A stretch of 64,000 bases of DNA from Verrucomicrobiota bacterium (GCA_038214755.1 JBBQRQ010000006.1:26142-90141); one strand, 5' to 3'; shown: positions 26,282 through 36,578, numbered from the stretch's first letter. Program-made: numbers and translations. Notes: generated by a model not told the origin, from the sequence alone.

Positions 26282-27265
26282 CTATCGCAACTTGTGGCAG
26301 AGAAAAACTCCTTCCTCTTGCGACTTCGTAATCCATTGGTCAACCACCGTAATTCCATAATCGTGCAGGAAGCGGCTCAACTTCGCGGGAGTGTGACGGT
26401 ACGAAAAAAATAATCGGATGCGTTCTCCCGCGAAAAATTCCAATCGCTCTTCCGCCACGTGAATCTGGCACCGCTTGGAAAAAATAAAATGCGCCACCAC
26501 TCGTTTTAACGACGTGTAACAATCCTCGATGTCAAAACGCACAACGCCGTCGGATTTTTCCACACCCAGGTCGAACAAAAAAGTTTGCAGCCAATCACGA
26601 GTCAACTCGTTGTCGTAAAGCGGTAGAATTTTTTTGACGCCAGCCAGATAATTTTTTCCCGGCGCGAGATTGGCGCTCAGCAACATCCAATCTTTCGGAC
26701 GCAGCAGGTCCGCCAGCACAGGCAAAATTTGTTGCGGCTCAAAATTTGGAATCATTCCGAAAAAAGTCAGGAGCCGGGCCGCGCGCAAATCCTTTACGCC
26801 GGAAAATATTTCGGAGACATCGTGGGCTGCAGCCAGATCGCAGACAAAAGGAAAACAATTTTTTTCGGCGACAACAGACCTGGCCGTTTGCTGCGCGATC
26901 AACACCATTGCCACGCTCACATCCGAGGGCGTGTAAAAAATTTCCTTCCCCTGCAGTTTTGCCAACTGCAACAAGCGCTTATCTTTTTGTCCACCGCCGC
27001 ATCCCAATCCGATTACATGAATTCGCGGTAGCCCAATGCGCTTCGTTGCGGCCGCAAAACTTTTGTCGTAAACCCCCGCGCCGTCCGCATCCGTGCGCGA
27101 AGGAGAAAAGACGTCATGCAAGGCGAGCCATTTTTGCGTTTGCTTGATACTGTCGTAATGAAACTTGTGATTGATCTGGCGCGACCGCAGCGACTCCAAC
27201 AAATCTTGCCGGACATTTTCTGGAAATTGGCTGGGATCAATTCGGACGAACACAGCGCGAGGCAT
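26282..27265 (-). CDS. EgtD-like (Methyltransf_33) SAM-dependent methyltransferase
   Basis: INHKFHYDS, GLGCGGGQKD, YTPSDVS, FFGMIPNFEP, GERIRLFFSYR; ATG at 27265. Confidence 0.72.
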   Translation of the reverse strand: MPRAVFVRIDPSQFPENVRQDLLESLRSRQINHKFHYDSIKQTQKWLALHDVFSPSRTDADGAGVYDKSFAAATKRIGLPRIHVIGLGCGGGQKDKRLLQLAKLQGKEIFYTPSDVSVAMVLIAQQTARSVVAEKNCFPFVCDLAAAHDVSEIFSGVKDLRAARLLTFFGMIPNFEPQQILPVLADLLRPKDWMLLSANLAPGKNYLAGVKKILPLYDNELTRDWLQTFLFDLGVEKSDGVVRFDIEDCYTSLKRVVAHFIFSKRCQIHVAEERLEFFAGERIRLFFSYRHTPAKLSRFLHDYGITVVDQWITKSQEEGVFLCHKLR

Positions 27266-27701
27266 GAGATTTCTTAGATAGAATTTACGGGAATGAACAG
27301 AATTTGTTTTCGACAGGATAATTTGTTTCCGCGCGTTTGGCTCTCGCGGGTGTGATTCAAACTGTCGGTCAGAACAAGAGCGCCAGGAGGGCTGGCGCAC
27401 TCTAAGACGCTTCGCGCCATTCATGCGCTATCAAAATTCGCGCGAGCGTCTTGGAGTGCGGCGGCCCTCCGCCGCTTTTAACAGCGCCGGTAGTAACCGC
27501 CACTTGGAATCACACGGGCGCATCTTGACACCACTACCACTCCAATCAGAGGGAGTGGGGCAGGCTACCAGCCTGTCTGAGCGGGCATCTTGCCCGCGAA
27601 TCCTGGGGCTGGAAGCCCCGATGGCAGACAGGATGTCTGCCCCACTACTTTGGTGGTGGTGTCAAGATGCGCCCGAATCACACCCGTTCTCGCTCCGCGC
27701 G

Positions 27702-27729
27702 TTGACTTGGCCATCGTGGACGGTAATAT
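27702..27729 (+). promoter_or_regulatory. Putative sigma70 promoter (likely leaderless mRNA)
   Basis: TTGACT-16 nt-TAATAT, 7 nt before ATG 27737. Confidence 0.55.
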
Positions 27730-27736
27730 TCGGACA

Positions 27737-28495
27737 ATGAACTTCGACATTTCGCAGGTCCTTGAGCAATGGGATTACGAGTCAGGCCAGGTCGTGGTAA
27801 GAAAATTCAAAGCCAAAGATGGGCAGGAAAAAATTCAACTTCGCGTAGACCTGGGTCTGTTGCAGATGAATGCGACTGGCCGTCCCGATGGAAAAAAACC
27901 TTTCGGACAGCAATCGTTGCTCGATCATCATATCGCCCAGTTGGAAAAATTCCGAAAATCGCACGACGGCGATGACGACGGTTTCGCGTTGAAGGCCGAG
28001 GATTGCTCCCGGCTGCAACAAGAGGCCATCCAATATCATCATCGCTACATTTGTCTTTTTCAGTTGGAGGATTACGAAGGCGTGATTCGCGACACGGAAC
28101 GGAACCTGGAGGCGTTTGATTTTGTCCAACATTATTCCGAGTCCGAGGAAATGTCGTGGGCACTGCAACAATTTCGTCCGCAACTTTTGATGATGCGCAT
28201 TCGCGCGCGCGGCGCCATTGCCCTCCGCGAAAATGGCCACAACAAAGTCATCAAGTTGATCGAGGAAGGGTTGGAGGAGATTCGCAATTTCTATCGCGAA
28301 CATTCCCGACACGACCTGCTTGAGCAGAGCGGAGAAATCCAATCGCTGGAAGCCTGGTTGCAGGAGGTGACTTCCAAACGTCCCCAGACCGAGCGGGAAA
28401 AACTTGAGACTGCGCTCGACGAAGCGGTGCGAGCCGAGAATTACGAAAAGGCGGCCAAGGTGCGCGATGCTCTGCGCAATTTGAAAACGATTTGA
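27737..28495 (+). CDS. UvrB/UvrC-motif-containing protein
   Basis: IQLRVDLGLLQM..GRPDG; C-terminal UVR motif LDEAVRAENYEKAAKVRD. Confidence 0.85.
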   Translation: MNFDISQVLEQWDYESGQVVVRKFKAKDGQEKIQLRVDLGLLQMNATGRPDGKKPFGQQSLLDHHIAQLEKFRKSHDGDDDGFALKAEDCSRLQQEAIQYHHRYICLFQLEDYEGVIRDTERNLEAFDFVQHYSESEEMSWALQQFRPQLLMMRIRARGAIALRENGHNKVIKLIEEGLEEIRNFYREHSRHDLLEQSGEIQSLEAWLQEVTSKRPQTEREKLETALDEAVRAENYEKAAKVRDALRNLKTI

Positions 28496-28690
28496 TCCGC
28501 GGAATGACTTTGGACTGCGGGGACATGTCCCCGCTTTAGCTGCACCGTGAAAAGAGCGGGAGACTCCAGCAGTCGCAAGTTTCATCTATCAATCAGGGCG
28601 AAGGAAAAGCGGCGTCATGCCGCCGCAATCACAAGGAATGGTGGGATGTTTCTTTTTCTTAACTGGCTAAATCCATGAATAAATAACTTT

Positions 28691-29137
28691 ATGACCTTGC
28701 AGGAACGTCTCTCTCAAGAAATCAAATCCGCCATGCTCGCCAAAGATGCCGCGCGCCTCGGCACGTTGCGCCTTCTGAAATCCGCGCTGGGCTACGCTCA
28801 AATGGAAAAGAAAACCGAATCAACTTCCGACGCGGATTTTGTGGCGCTGGCGCAAAAGGAAATTAAAAAACGCCGCGATTCCATCGAGCAATTTGAAAAA
28901 GGCGGACGCCCCGAACTCGCAGAAAAAGAAAAAGAAGAAATCACCGTGCTCGAAACATTTATGCCTCAAGCCATGTCCGCCGAGGAGTTAGAGCAACTCG
29001 TCCGCGCGACGATCCAGGAATTGGGTGCCACGTCCAAAAAAGAGATGGGACCTGTGATCAAAGCCGCGCAAGCGAAAGCGGCCGGGCGCGCGGAAGGAAA
29101 AACGATCAGCGCACTGGCGGGTCAGTTGTTGCCATGA
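28691..29137 (+). CDS. GatB/YqeY domain protein
   Basis: KEIKKRRDSIEQFEKGGRPELAEKE, KEMGPVIK. Confidence 0.93.
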   Translation: MTLQERLSQEIKSAMLAKDAARLGTLRLLKSALGYAQMEKKTESTSDADFVALAQKEIKKRRDSIEQFEKGGRPELAEKEKEEITVLETFMPQAMSAEELEQLVRATIQELGATSKKEMGPVIKAAQAKAAGRAEGKTISALAGQLLP

Positions 29138-29216
29138 TTTTTGGTTGGCACTCTTCGCGCTAGACCAGAAATCGCTCTCGCCCTCGGTCCTCCGGCGGGT
29201 GCGAAGACATTTTTTC

Positions 29217-29285
29217 GGAGCGCCGATCTCCCGATCGGCGCGAACCGCTGTCATGACAACGAGCCGATCGGGAGATCGGCGCTCC
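29217..29285. repeat. REP-like doublet (GGAGCGCCGATCTCCCGATCGGC)
   Basis: Perfect 23-bp inverted arms. Confidence 0.85.
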
Positions 29286-29356
29286 GAATAGGCAGCAAAA
29301 AAAACTTCGCGCTTTTCAATTTGCCCAACTAATTTCCCGTCACACCAATCCGCGCC

Positions 29357-30457
29357 ATGACGAGCCATCTTCACAATGGTCAAACGCACGAAAGCAACGC
29401 AGATCGCGCGCCGGAAGTTCTCGAAAAATTGATCCAGCAAGCCGAACGCGCGGGAGCAAGTGACGTTCATCTTCAGATGCGCGGAAAAACTGCGGAAGTC
29501 GGTTTTCGCCTCGACGGAATTATTACTCCAACAACTGAGTTTTTCGGCGACGTGGCCGAGCGCGTTTTTGGGCGAATTAAATTTCTCGCGCGATTGAAAA
29601 CCTACCAGGAATCGCTCCCACAAGATGGGCGCATTCCGCACGAAGAACTTGGCAGCCGCAATGACATTCGCGTCGCCACCTATCCGACTGTGACCGGCGA
29701 AAAAATTGTCCTGCGTCTTTTTAATTCTTCCATGGCGAAATCCCTCCACGAATTAGATTTTCCTGACGATGTCGTCCTTGAACTGAAAACTTTTCTTCGT
29801 CAACCAAACGGTTTGTTGCTGCTCACCGGACCCGCCGGCAGCGGAAAAACGACAACGATCTACGCTTGTCTGCGGCACCTCGTTGAACTCGGCGGACGGC
29901 AGATTATTTCCGTTGAAGATCCGGTCGAACAAATTATTCCCGGCACGATGCAAACCGAAGTGAACGAAGCCATCGGACTCGATTTCGCGCGCGCCGCAAA
30001 ACATTTGCTTCGGCAGGATCCGCAAGTTTTGGTCATCGGCGAAATTCGCGACGAAGCCACCGCGCAACTCGCGGTTCGCGCCGGCTTGACCGGGCATCTG
30101 GTGATTTCAACTTTGCACGCCGGTTCCTGCAAAGGCGTTTTCGAGCGACTGCTCGTGATGTGCGCCGACCATTCCGCGGTCGCGAGTTCTGTTGAAATGA
30201 TTTTGAATGAGCGGCTCATTCGCAAACTTTGCGGCGAGTGCAAAGGCGCCGGTTGCGATGCTTGTTTGCAAACCGGTTTTCAAGGCCGCGTGCCACTCGT
30301 TGAATGGCTGCGTGTGAATGAAACAATGCGTTCAGAAATTCGTCGGCACGAATTGCAATCGCTCGTTCCGGCGCAATCGTTGGAAACTTCCGCGTGCTCG
30401 CTCGTCGATCAAGGCGTGACCAGCGAAACAGAATTGCGGCGCGTGTTTGGATTATGA
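29357..30457 (+). CDS. GspE/PulE/PilB-family secretion ATPase (short form)
   Basis: ASDVH, PQDGR, GPAGSGKTTT, EDPVE, LRQDPQVLVIGEIRD, TGHLVISTLH, CxxC pairs. Confidence 0.93.
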   Translation: MTSHLHNGQTHESNADRAPEVLEKLIQQAERAGASDVHLQMRGKTAEVGFRLDGIITPTTEFFGDVAERVFGRIKFLARLKTYQESLPQDGRIPHEELGSRNDIRVATYPTVTGEKIVLRLFNSSMAKSLHELDFPDDVVLELKTFLRQPNGLLLLTGPAGSGKTTTIYACLRHLVELGGRQIISVEDPVEQIIPGTMQTEVNEAIGLDFARAAKHLLRQDPQVLVIGEIRDEATAQLAVRAGLTGHLVISTLHAGSCKGVFERLLVMCADHSAVASSVEMILNERLIRKLCGECKGAGCDACLQTGFQGRVPLVEWLRVNETMRSEIRRHELQSLVPAQSLETSACSLVDQGVTSETELRRVFGL

Positions 30458-31452
30458 ACTACGACGAATTCAGCTTCTTCAACCAACAACTCGCCGCAAT
30501 GTTGCGCGACGGAATTCCGCTGGAGGGCGCGCTCCGCCGACTCTGTGAAGAAATGCGAAGCGGCGGACTGCGCACTGAACTGGAGCTTCTCGAAACGGAC
30601 CTCGCAAAAGGCGTGCCTCTCGCCCATGCGCTCGACGCGCGCAAACTCCCTGAACTTTACAAACAGATGATTCGCGTCGGTGTCGAAAGCGACAATCTTC
30701 CCGGCGCATTGACGATGCTGGCTGATTATTATCATTGGCAAAATAATCTCTGGGTGCGGCTGAAAGGCTTGATGGTTTATCCGCTGATCGTGCTGTTCGT
30801 CGCCTTTCTGGTTTCAACTTTTTGCACCGTCATGTGGCGGAAAATTTTGGAGCCAAATCTTTTTTCGTTGTTTGTTTATTCGGAGGAAGGAATGGACCGC
30901 TCAATCTCAAATGCTGGACAATTACTGCTGCATTCGTGGATTTTCCCCCTCGTCTTCGGCTCTTTGTTTTTAATTTGCCTAACAATTATTTTTATTCCGA
31001 AGCTGCGCGAGAAAGTCCGCTGGAAGTTACCCGCCTTCAAGGAAGCCAGCGTTGCGCGCGTCGCTTCTACCATGACTTTGCTGCTCAAAGGCGGAGTCAA
31101 TTTCCCCGATGCAATTCGTCTGCTCGCGAAACTTGAAACCAATCCAATCGTGGCGGCGGATTTGCAGCGCTGGCAGGAAAATATCTCCCAGGGAATGAAA
31201 AAATTTTCTGAAATCGCCGCAAAAAATTGCCTCTTTCCTCCGTTGTTCGTCTGGATCGTTTCCAACGCGGGCGAAGATTTGCCCACCGGTTTTCAACGCT
31301 CCGCTGAGATGTATCAATCGCGGGCGTTTTATCGCACTGAAATCGCGCTCTACTCGTTGCTCCCGATTTCGGTTTTGTTTTTGGGCGCAATTGTTTTGTC
31401 GCAAGCCTATCTGCTGGCGAGTGCGTTTGAAATTTTCACTTTCCTGTCTTAA
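30454..31452 (+). CDS. GspF/PilC-family platform protein
   Basis: QQLAAMLRDGIPL, MIRVGVES, LMVYP; translationally coupled. Confidence 0.88.
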   Translation: MNYDEFSFFNQQLAAMLRDGIPLEGALRRLCEEMRSGGLRTELELLETDLAKGVPLAHALDARKLPELYKQMIRVGVESDNLPGALTMLADYYHWQNNLWVRLKGLMVYPLIVLFVAFLVSTFCTVMWRKILEPNLFSLFVYSEEGMDRSISNAGQLLLHSWIFPLVFGSLFLICLTIIFIPKLREKVRWKLPAFKEASVARVASTMTLLLKGGVNFPDAIRLLAKLETNPIVAADLQRWQENISQGMKKFSEIAAKNCLFPPLFVWIVSNAGEDLPTGFQRSAEMYQSRAFYRTEIALYSLLPISVLFLGAIVLSQAYLLASAFEIFTFLS

Positions 31453-32627
31453 TGAAATTGTTCGCCTTCATTGAATTTTTTTTCGACGAGGACTCGCCGT
31501 TCCTCATTTTCATTCCAGTGCTGAAAAGTATTTTCTGGTATGCGACTCATTTTCTTTTGCCGGTGGCGATTTTAGCCGTCGTTCTGCACGCCTTCTTTTC
31601 GCTCCCATTGCGCCGCCGGGAACGCGCGCGATTTTTTCTCGACTTGATTGAGTCGTCACTGGCTCAAGGACGCGCCGTCGAACAAACCATCGTTTCCGCC
31701 GCCGAAAGCCGCGATCGCGCCATGGGCGTTCGCTTTCATCTGCTCGCCGCGCACATCGAATTAGGTTTGAGCCTTGGTGAAGCGTTGAAAAACGTCCCTC
31801 GTTTTTTGCCGCCGCAAATTTCCTGCATCCTGCGCGCTGGAGAAAAACTCGGCGACCTGGCCCGCGTCCTTCCGGCGTGCCGCGAATGTTTGCGCGGCCA
31901 ATCTATTTTTGCGAAAAGCGCGATTCAATACATGTTCGTCCTGCTGCTTGCATTTTCGGTCATCGCGATTTTTTTGACTTCCGTAACGATTCCGCAAATC
32001 GACCAAATTTTGATTGGAATGCAAATGACTCATCCATCGAGCGCCGCGCCAGCCAGTCATTTATTGATGTTCGTTCAAATCATCGTTGCGTCTGTTTTGA
32101 TTCTCGGAATATCAATTTATGTTGGCGGCCCGCGCTTGATTCGTTGGTTTCGTTTTCGCGGTTTGCCATTTGTCGATTGGATTGCGTGGCGAATTCCGTG
32201 GAAACAAAAACGATTGCAGAAAACTTTTTCCGCAATGCTCGCCGTGCTGCTTGACGCCCGAGTGCCGGAAATGGAAGCCGTCCAACTCGCCGGCGATTGC
32301 ACGGCAAACGCCCTCTGCCAACGTCAAAGCCAGCGCGTGATCTCCGGATTGAAAAATGGAATCAAACTCGATGAGGCCGTTCGCGCCTTCGACGAAACTG
32401 GCGAATTTCACTGGCGGCTGGCCAATGCCATTCACGCGCAAAACGGATTCCTGGGCGCATTGCGCGGCTGGCACGAAGCGCTGGCCGCAAAAGCGTTTCA
32501 ACAAGAAGAAACCGCTGCGCACATCTTCACCTGCGGTTTGATTATTTTGAACGGCGCGCTCGTGGCGCTGGTGGCCACGACTCTTTTTTGGACGCTGATC
32601 TCCATTCTCGACGGAGCCTCATTATGA
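31452..32627 (+). CDS. Second GspF/PilC-family platform protein
   Basis: GLSLGEAL, ILRAGEKLGDL, LAVLLDARVP. Confidence 0.8.
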   Translation: MKLFAFIEFFFDEDSPFLIFIPVLKSIFWYATHFLLPVAILAVVLHAFFSLPLRRRERARFFLDLIESSLAQGRAVEQTIVSAAESRDRAMGVRFHLLAAHIELGLSLGEALKNVPRFLPPQISCILRAGEKLGDLARVLPACRECLRGQSIFAKSAIQYMFVLLLAFSVIAIFLTSVTIPQIDQILIGMQMTHPSSAAPASHLLMFVQIIVASVLILGISIYVGGPRLIRWFRFRGLPFVDWIAWRIPWKQKRLQKTFSAMLAVLLDARVPEMEAVQLAGDCTANALCQRQSQRVISGLKNGIKLDEAVRAFDETGEFHWRLANAIHAQNGFLGALRGWHEALAAKAFQQEETAAHIFTCGLIILNGALVALVATTLFWTLISILDGASL

Positions 32628-33193
32628 AAATGGCTAGAACTGGTTTCATAAGTCTCCACCGCCCCGTAGCCGCCGACGTGAAGAGGCGGTTTGGCCAAGT
32701 TTTCCCAAGTCCGCCTCTCCACGAACCTCAAGGTAGGGCGCGTCACTCCGTGCGCGCCGGGGTGCCACACGACCAAGGGTGGCACGCACGGAGTGACGCG
32801 CCCTACCAACCCAGTTCTCCGCAAAATATTCGCGCGTCTGGCAAAAAGGAACGCGGCTTTCTCATGGTTGATTTGCTGGTGGGAATTTCGATTTTAGCCA
32901 TTGCGATTTTGCCACTGGCGTTTTCGTTCACGCGCCAGACGCGATTGTTGCGCGATGAATATTTCCGCGCTGCCGCCATGGAAATCGTCGATGGCGAAAT
33001 GGAGATTCTGGCAGCAGGCGAAGGTAAAAATTTTCCCGAGGGCGTCCAAACTTACGAAGTTCATTCCGCCACGGTTACGAATTTGCCGCCCGGCAAATTC
33101 CAACTGACCAAGACGGCCTCTCATTTGCGGCTCGAATGGAAAGCAGACAAGCGACGCGACAGCAGCGTCGTTCGCGAGGTGACGCTTAAATGA
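32624..33193 (+). CDS. Pseudopilin-like protein with REP-expanded leader
   Basis: G/FLMVDLLVGISILAI prepilin-type segment; ATG overlaps the upstream stop. Confidence 0.7.
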   Translation: MKMARTGFISLHRPVAADVKRRFGQVFPSPPLHEPQGRARHSVRAGVPHDQGWHARSDAPYQPSSPQNIRASGKKERGFLMVDLLVGISILAIAILPLAFSFTRQTRLLRDEYFRAAAMEIVDGEMEILAAGEGKNFPEGVQTYEVHSATVTNLPPGKFQLTKTASHLRLEWKADKRRDSSVVREVTLK

Positions 33194-33684
33194 AATTGCC
33201 CGTTTCCAATTCGTGTTCCCGCGCCGGATTTTTGCTCATCGAATGTCTGGTTTACATGTCGGTGCTGGCGATCATTCTCGGAATTGGTTTCGCCGCATTT
33301 TATCGTTGCTTGGAAAATTCAAAAACTCTGCGTTACGCGACAGATGACATGGCCGCAGCATTGCGGAGCGGTGAACGTTGGCGGGCGGACATCCGAGGTG
33401 CGACCGGGAAAATCATTGTCGAAACAACTCCCGACGAACAAATTTTACGCATTCCTCGCGGAACAAACGTGGTGCTTTATCATTTTAGCGCCAACCAGAT
33501 TCATCGAAATAGTTCATTGGCCAATTCCTTCGAGCTAATTTTGCAGAAAGTGAAAACATCGCGCATGGAAAAACAAACGCGCGGCCCGGTCACGGCATGG
33601 CGTTGGGAAATGGAGTTATCGCCGCGCCGAGGAAAAACCAAACTGCGGCCCATGTTCACGTTCGAAGCTGTTTCTTCCGAATGA
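33190..33684 (+). CDS. Pseudopilin-like protein
   Basis: AG/FLLIECLVYMSVLAII cleavage/methylation motif. Confidence 0.8.
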   Translation: MKLPVSNSCSRAGFLLIECLVYMSVLAIILGIGFAAFYRCLENSKTLRYATDDMAAALRSGERWRADIRGATGKIIVETTPDEQILRIPRGTNVVLYHFSANQIHRNSSLANSFELILQKVKTSRMEKQTRGPVTAWRWEMELSPRRGKTKLRPMFTFEAVSSE

Positions 33685-33905
33685 AGATTTTCCGATCCAA
33701 CTTCAAAAACAGAAAACATCGCGCTCAATGTCGCGGCTCGGCCGTGATCGTTTTTCTGGCGCTGCTCGGAATCATGCTCCTGCTGATTGCGGCCAGCGAC
33801 AAAGCGATTTTCCATTTTCAACGCGAATTGAAGCTGACGGAACAACGGCAGATTCAACGATTGAATTCTCAAACGAATGCGCCGGCAAAAACTTCCGAAA
33901 AATAA
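33681..33905 (+). CDS. Small GspK/PilX/ComGG-like pilin
   Basis: RG/SAVIVFLALLGIMLLL; ATGA overlap. Confidence 0.6.
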   Translation: MKIFRSNFKNRKHRAQCRGSAVIVFLALLGIMLLLIAASDKAIFHFQRELKLTEQRQIQRLNSQTNAPAKTSEK

Positions 33906-33912
33906 TTTCTCC

Positions 33913-34191
33913 ATGAGCGGCAAAGACTCCATTGCTAAAATCGAAATGCTGAAAAATTCGCTGCGCTGTTTCGTTTTTGGTTTGGTTGGCCTTCTTCCAA
34001 TTATCGGTTTTCCATTCGCAATCGTCTCGCTGCTTTTTTCGGCAAAAGTCCGCACCGGACAAAAGCATTTCTGGAATGCGGCGCGTCCCTACTGGATTGG
34101 CGGACTTGTTTTCAGTGGGTTGGGAATTTTATTTTCGCTCACGTTAGCCGGAATTATTTTCTTCCACGCGGAACTCGAACTTCGGCAATGA
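33913..34191 (+). CDS. Small two-TM membrane protein (DUF4190-like)
   Basis: CFVFGLVGLLPIIGFPFAIVSL...ARPYWIGGL. Confidence 0.6.
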   Translation: MSGKDSIAKIEMLKNSLRCFVFGLVGLLPIIGFPFAIVSLLFSAKVRTGQKHFWNAARPYWIGGLVFSGLGILFSLTLAGIIFFHAELELRQ

Positions 34192-34429
34192 GTGATAAAC
34201 GGTTCTTCGACATCTTCAGTGGAATAGAAGCCGGTTGTTCCCAAAAAGCGGTGGAGGACCACCGCAGTCCAAGACGCTGTCGCGCGATTCATGCACCATC
34301 GAAATTCGCGCGAGCGTCTTGGACTGCGGTGGCCCTCCACCGCTCTTGTCACGGAGACCTCAAAGCTTCGCGGTTGATGGTGAAGAAAACTTGTCTCAAC
34401 TTCTTTGATGGTTAATCTCGCGCCTCAAA

Positions 34430-35215
34430 ATGGAAGTCATCATTCAGCCCGACCACGCAGCCGCCGCCCAACTCGTCGCGAACATCGTCGCCAAAGATTT
34501 GCGCGCCAATCCGCAAATGGTTTTGGGTCTCGCCACCGGCCGCACGATGGAATCGGTTTACGCATTGCTCGCGACAATGCATCGCGAGGAGAAACTGGAT
34601 TTCTCCCGCGCCAAAAGTTTTAACCTCGACGAATATGTTGGCCTCGCCGGGACCGACCCGCATTCCTATCGCTACTACATGAATCAACAGTTGTTCAGTC
34701 GTGTGAATATCAAATTGGAGAACACGTTTTTGCCCAATGGCGTCGCTGATGATTTGGACGCTGAATGTGCGAGTTACGAAAAGAAAATTACCGACCTCGG
34801 CGGAATTGATCTCCAACTATTGGGAATTGGGAAATCAGGTCACATCGGTTTTAACGAACCGCTTTCCGCGCTGTTCTCGCGCACGCGAGTGAAACCGCTT
34901 TCGCCCGCGACCCGAGAACAAAACTCCGGTCTCTTCGAGCGACCCGAACAGATGCCGCGCCGCGCGATCACGATGGGCGTCGGAACAATTCTCGATGCGC
35001 GCCGCTGCATCCTGCTCGCGACGGGGGCTGAAAAAGCCGACATCATCGCCAAAGCTGTGGAAGGCCCGATTACCTCGATGATTTCCGCAACGGCGCTGCA
35101 ACTGCATCGCCGCTGCACCGTCATCGTGGATGAATCGGCTGCCACGAAATTGCAAGGCGCAGATTATTACCGCTGGGTTTTCGCGAACGAGCCGGAGTGG
35201 CAGGAGTTTCAGTAA
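34430..35215 (+). CDS. nagB: Glucosamine-6-phosphate deaminase
   Basis: LGLATGRT, FNLDEYVG, QLLGIGKSGHIGFNEP, ITMGVGTI. Confidence 0.96.
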   Translation: MEVIIQPDHAAAAQLVANIVAKDLRANPQMVLGLATGRTMESVYALLATMHREEKLDFSRAKSFNLDEYVGLAGTDPHSYRYYMNQQLFSRVNIKLENTFLPNGVADDLDAECASYEKKITDLGGIDLQLLGIGKSGHIGFNEPLSALFSRTRVKPLSPATREQNSGLFERPEQMPRRAITMGVGTILDARRCILLATGAEKADIIAKAVEGPITSMISATALQLHRRCTVIVDESAATKLQGADYYRWVFANEPEWQEFQ

Positions 35216-35264
35216 TACGTTCGAGACGTTGCGTTTTCCGTTTCGTTCTCAAATCGGAATAAAA

Positions 35265-35663
35265 CTATTCCTCCAAAACTAACTTTCGCTCCGCTACTAC
35301 GCGATCAAATCCACGGTTACTAATTATCATTGGAAGCCAACTCGACGCAAAGACAAGTCCGGCTATCAAAAAAAACATTAAGCGGCGTTTTTTGAAGCCG
35401 GCAATAATTCCGAGTAATGAACAAAAACTTCCGAAAACGCCAGTACCTGTTGAAATAAGACCGAGCCAAAGAGTAGTGCCCATTGGTCGAATCCCGTTTC
35501 CGGGTGAAAGTGTGGCGGCATTTTTTGAAAATCCGGACAAGATATAAGAATTAGCAACCAACGCTAACGCAATAACTATACAAGGTCGCCAAATCCACGC
35601 CAACTCACCTGTTTTTCGGGTTGAGGAAACTCGTAGTAATGGAGGAGGTTGCATGACGCACAA
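35265..35663 (-). CDS. Hypothetical membrane protein
   Basis: 132-aa ORF with three hydrophobic segments, AT-richer than the flanks. Confidence 0.55.
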   Translation of the reverse strand: MCVMQPPPLLRVSSTRKTGELAWIWRPCIVIALALVANSYILSGFSKNAATLSPGNGIRPMGTTLWLGLISTGTGVFGSFCSLLGIIAGFKKRRLMFFLIAGLVFASSWLPMIISNRGFDRVVAERKLVLEE

Positions 35664-35675
35664 TACAGAATCTCT

Positions 35676-36575
35676 CTAAACTGATTTCTTCGCCAACTCC
35701 GCCTTGATTTCCAAAATCATTTTCTCCAACTGCCGACCGTATTTCACGTAGCTGTTGTAAACGATTTTGTCGTCGGCTTTCACGGAGGCGTCGTGGAAAA
35801 CGACGGCGACGTGCGGCTCGATGGAGATTCCCGCATCGTAGCCGCGTGAAAATGCGTCCTTCAAAATATCGCGCACTCGGCCTTTTCCTTCCCCGGGGTA
35901 ATTGTAATCCGCATCGTTCTTCGCCGGGTTCCAAGTCGCGTCTTTGACGTGAATGTGCGCGGTGTGATCGCGCAGGTGCGTCCAGAATTCCCACGGATCT
36001 TGTTTGCTCCACGGTTTCGGTTTGCTGCGGTCATTGTTGAAAATCGGGTTGGCGGTGTCGAAAACCCATTTCAAACCGGGAACTTTTTCGAGCAACTCAA
36101 GTCCATGCTGCCAACTCATCCCGCCGTAGTTCATGCAATTTTCGTGAACAGGCTGGATGCCGGCATCAAGAAACATTTTCGTCACGTCGCGGATGCGTTC
36201 AAAAACCACGGCGGGCGTTTTGTCTTCCTCGTCCTTCGGCTTGAAACTCATGATGCGCACAAATTTCGTGCCGAGCTTCTGCATTCGCGGGATGCAACGT
36301 TTCACTTCGCCCGCGGTGACATCCCACGGCGTGTCCACATTTTTCCCCCAATTGGCAATGGCGGAACCAAACGCGTAAACGCTGATGCCATTTTGATTTA
36401 ATTTTTCGACGGCGATGTCGAATGCCGCGTCAGGAATGTCGTGAAAATTTCCTTTCGGAAAACCCGGCACTTCGACTGTGCGCATCTCGAGATGTTTCCA
36501 GCCCAGTTCTTTCGTCGCTTTGATTTGCGCGTCGATATTCGCGCCCGCTTCGTCGCCAATTCCTGTGAGAGTCAT
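35676..36575 (-). CDS. Sugar phosphate isomerase/epimerase (xylose-isomerase-like TIM barrel)
   Basis: GIGDEA, VHEN, VFDTAN, HIHVKDA, ISIEPH. Confidence 0.9.
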   Translation of the reverse strand: MTLTGIGDEAGANIDAQIKATKELGWKHLEMRTVEVPGFPKGNFHDIPDAAFDIAVEKLNQNGISVYAFGSAIANWGKNVDTPWDVTAGEVKRCIPRMQKLGTKFVRIMSFKPKDEEDKTPAVVFERIRDVTKMFLDAGIQPVHENCMNYGGMSWQHGLELLEKVPGLKWVFDTANPIFNNDRSKPKPWSKQDPWEFWTHLRDHTAHIHVKDATWNPAKNDADYNYPGEGKGRVRDILKDAFSRGYDAGISIEPHVAVVFHDASVKADDKIVYNSYVKYGRQLEKMILEIKAELAKKSV

Positions 36576-36578
36576 ATT

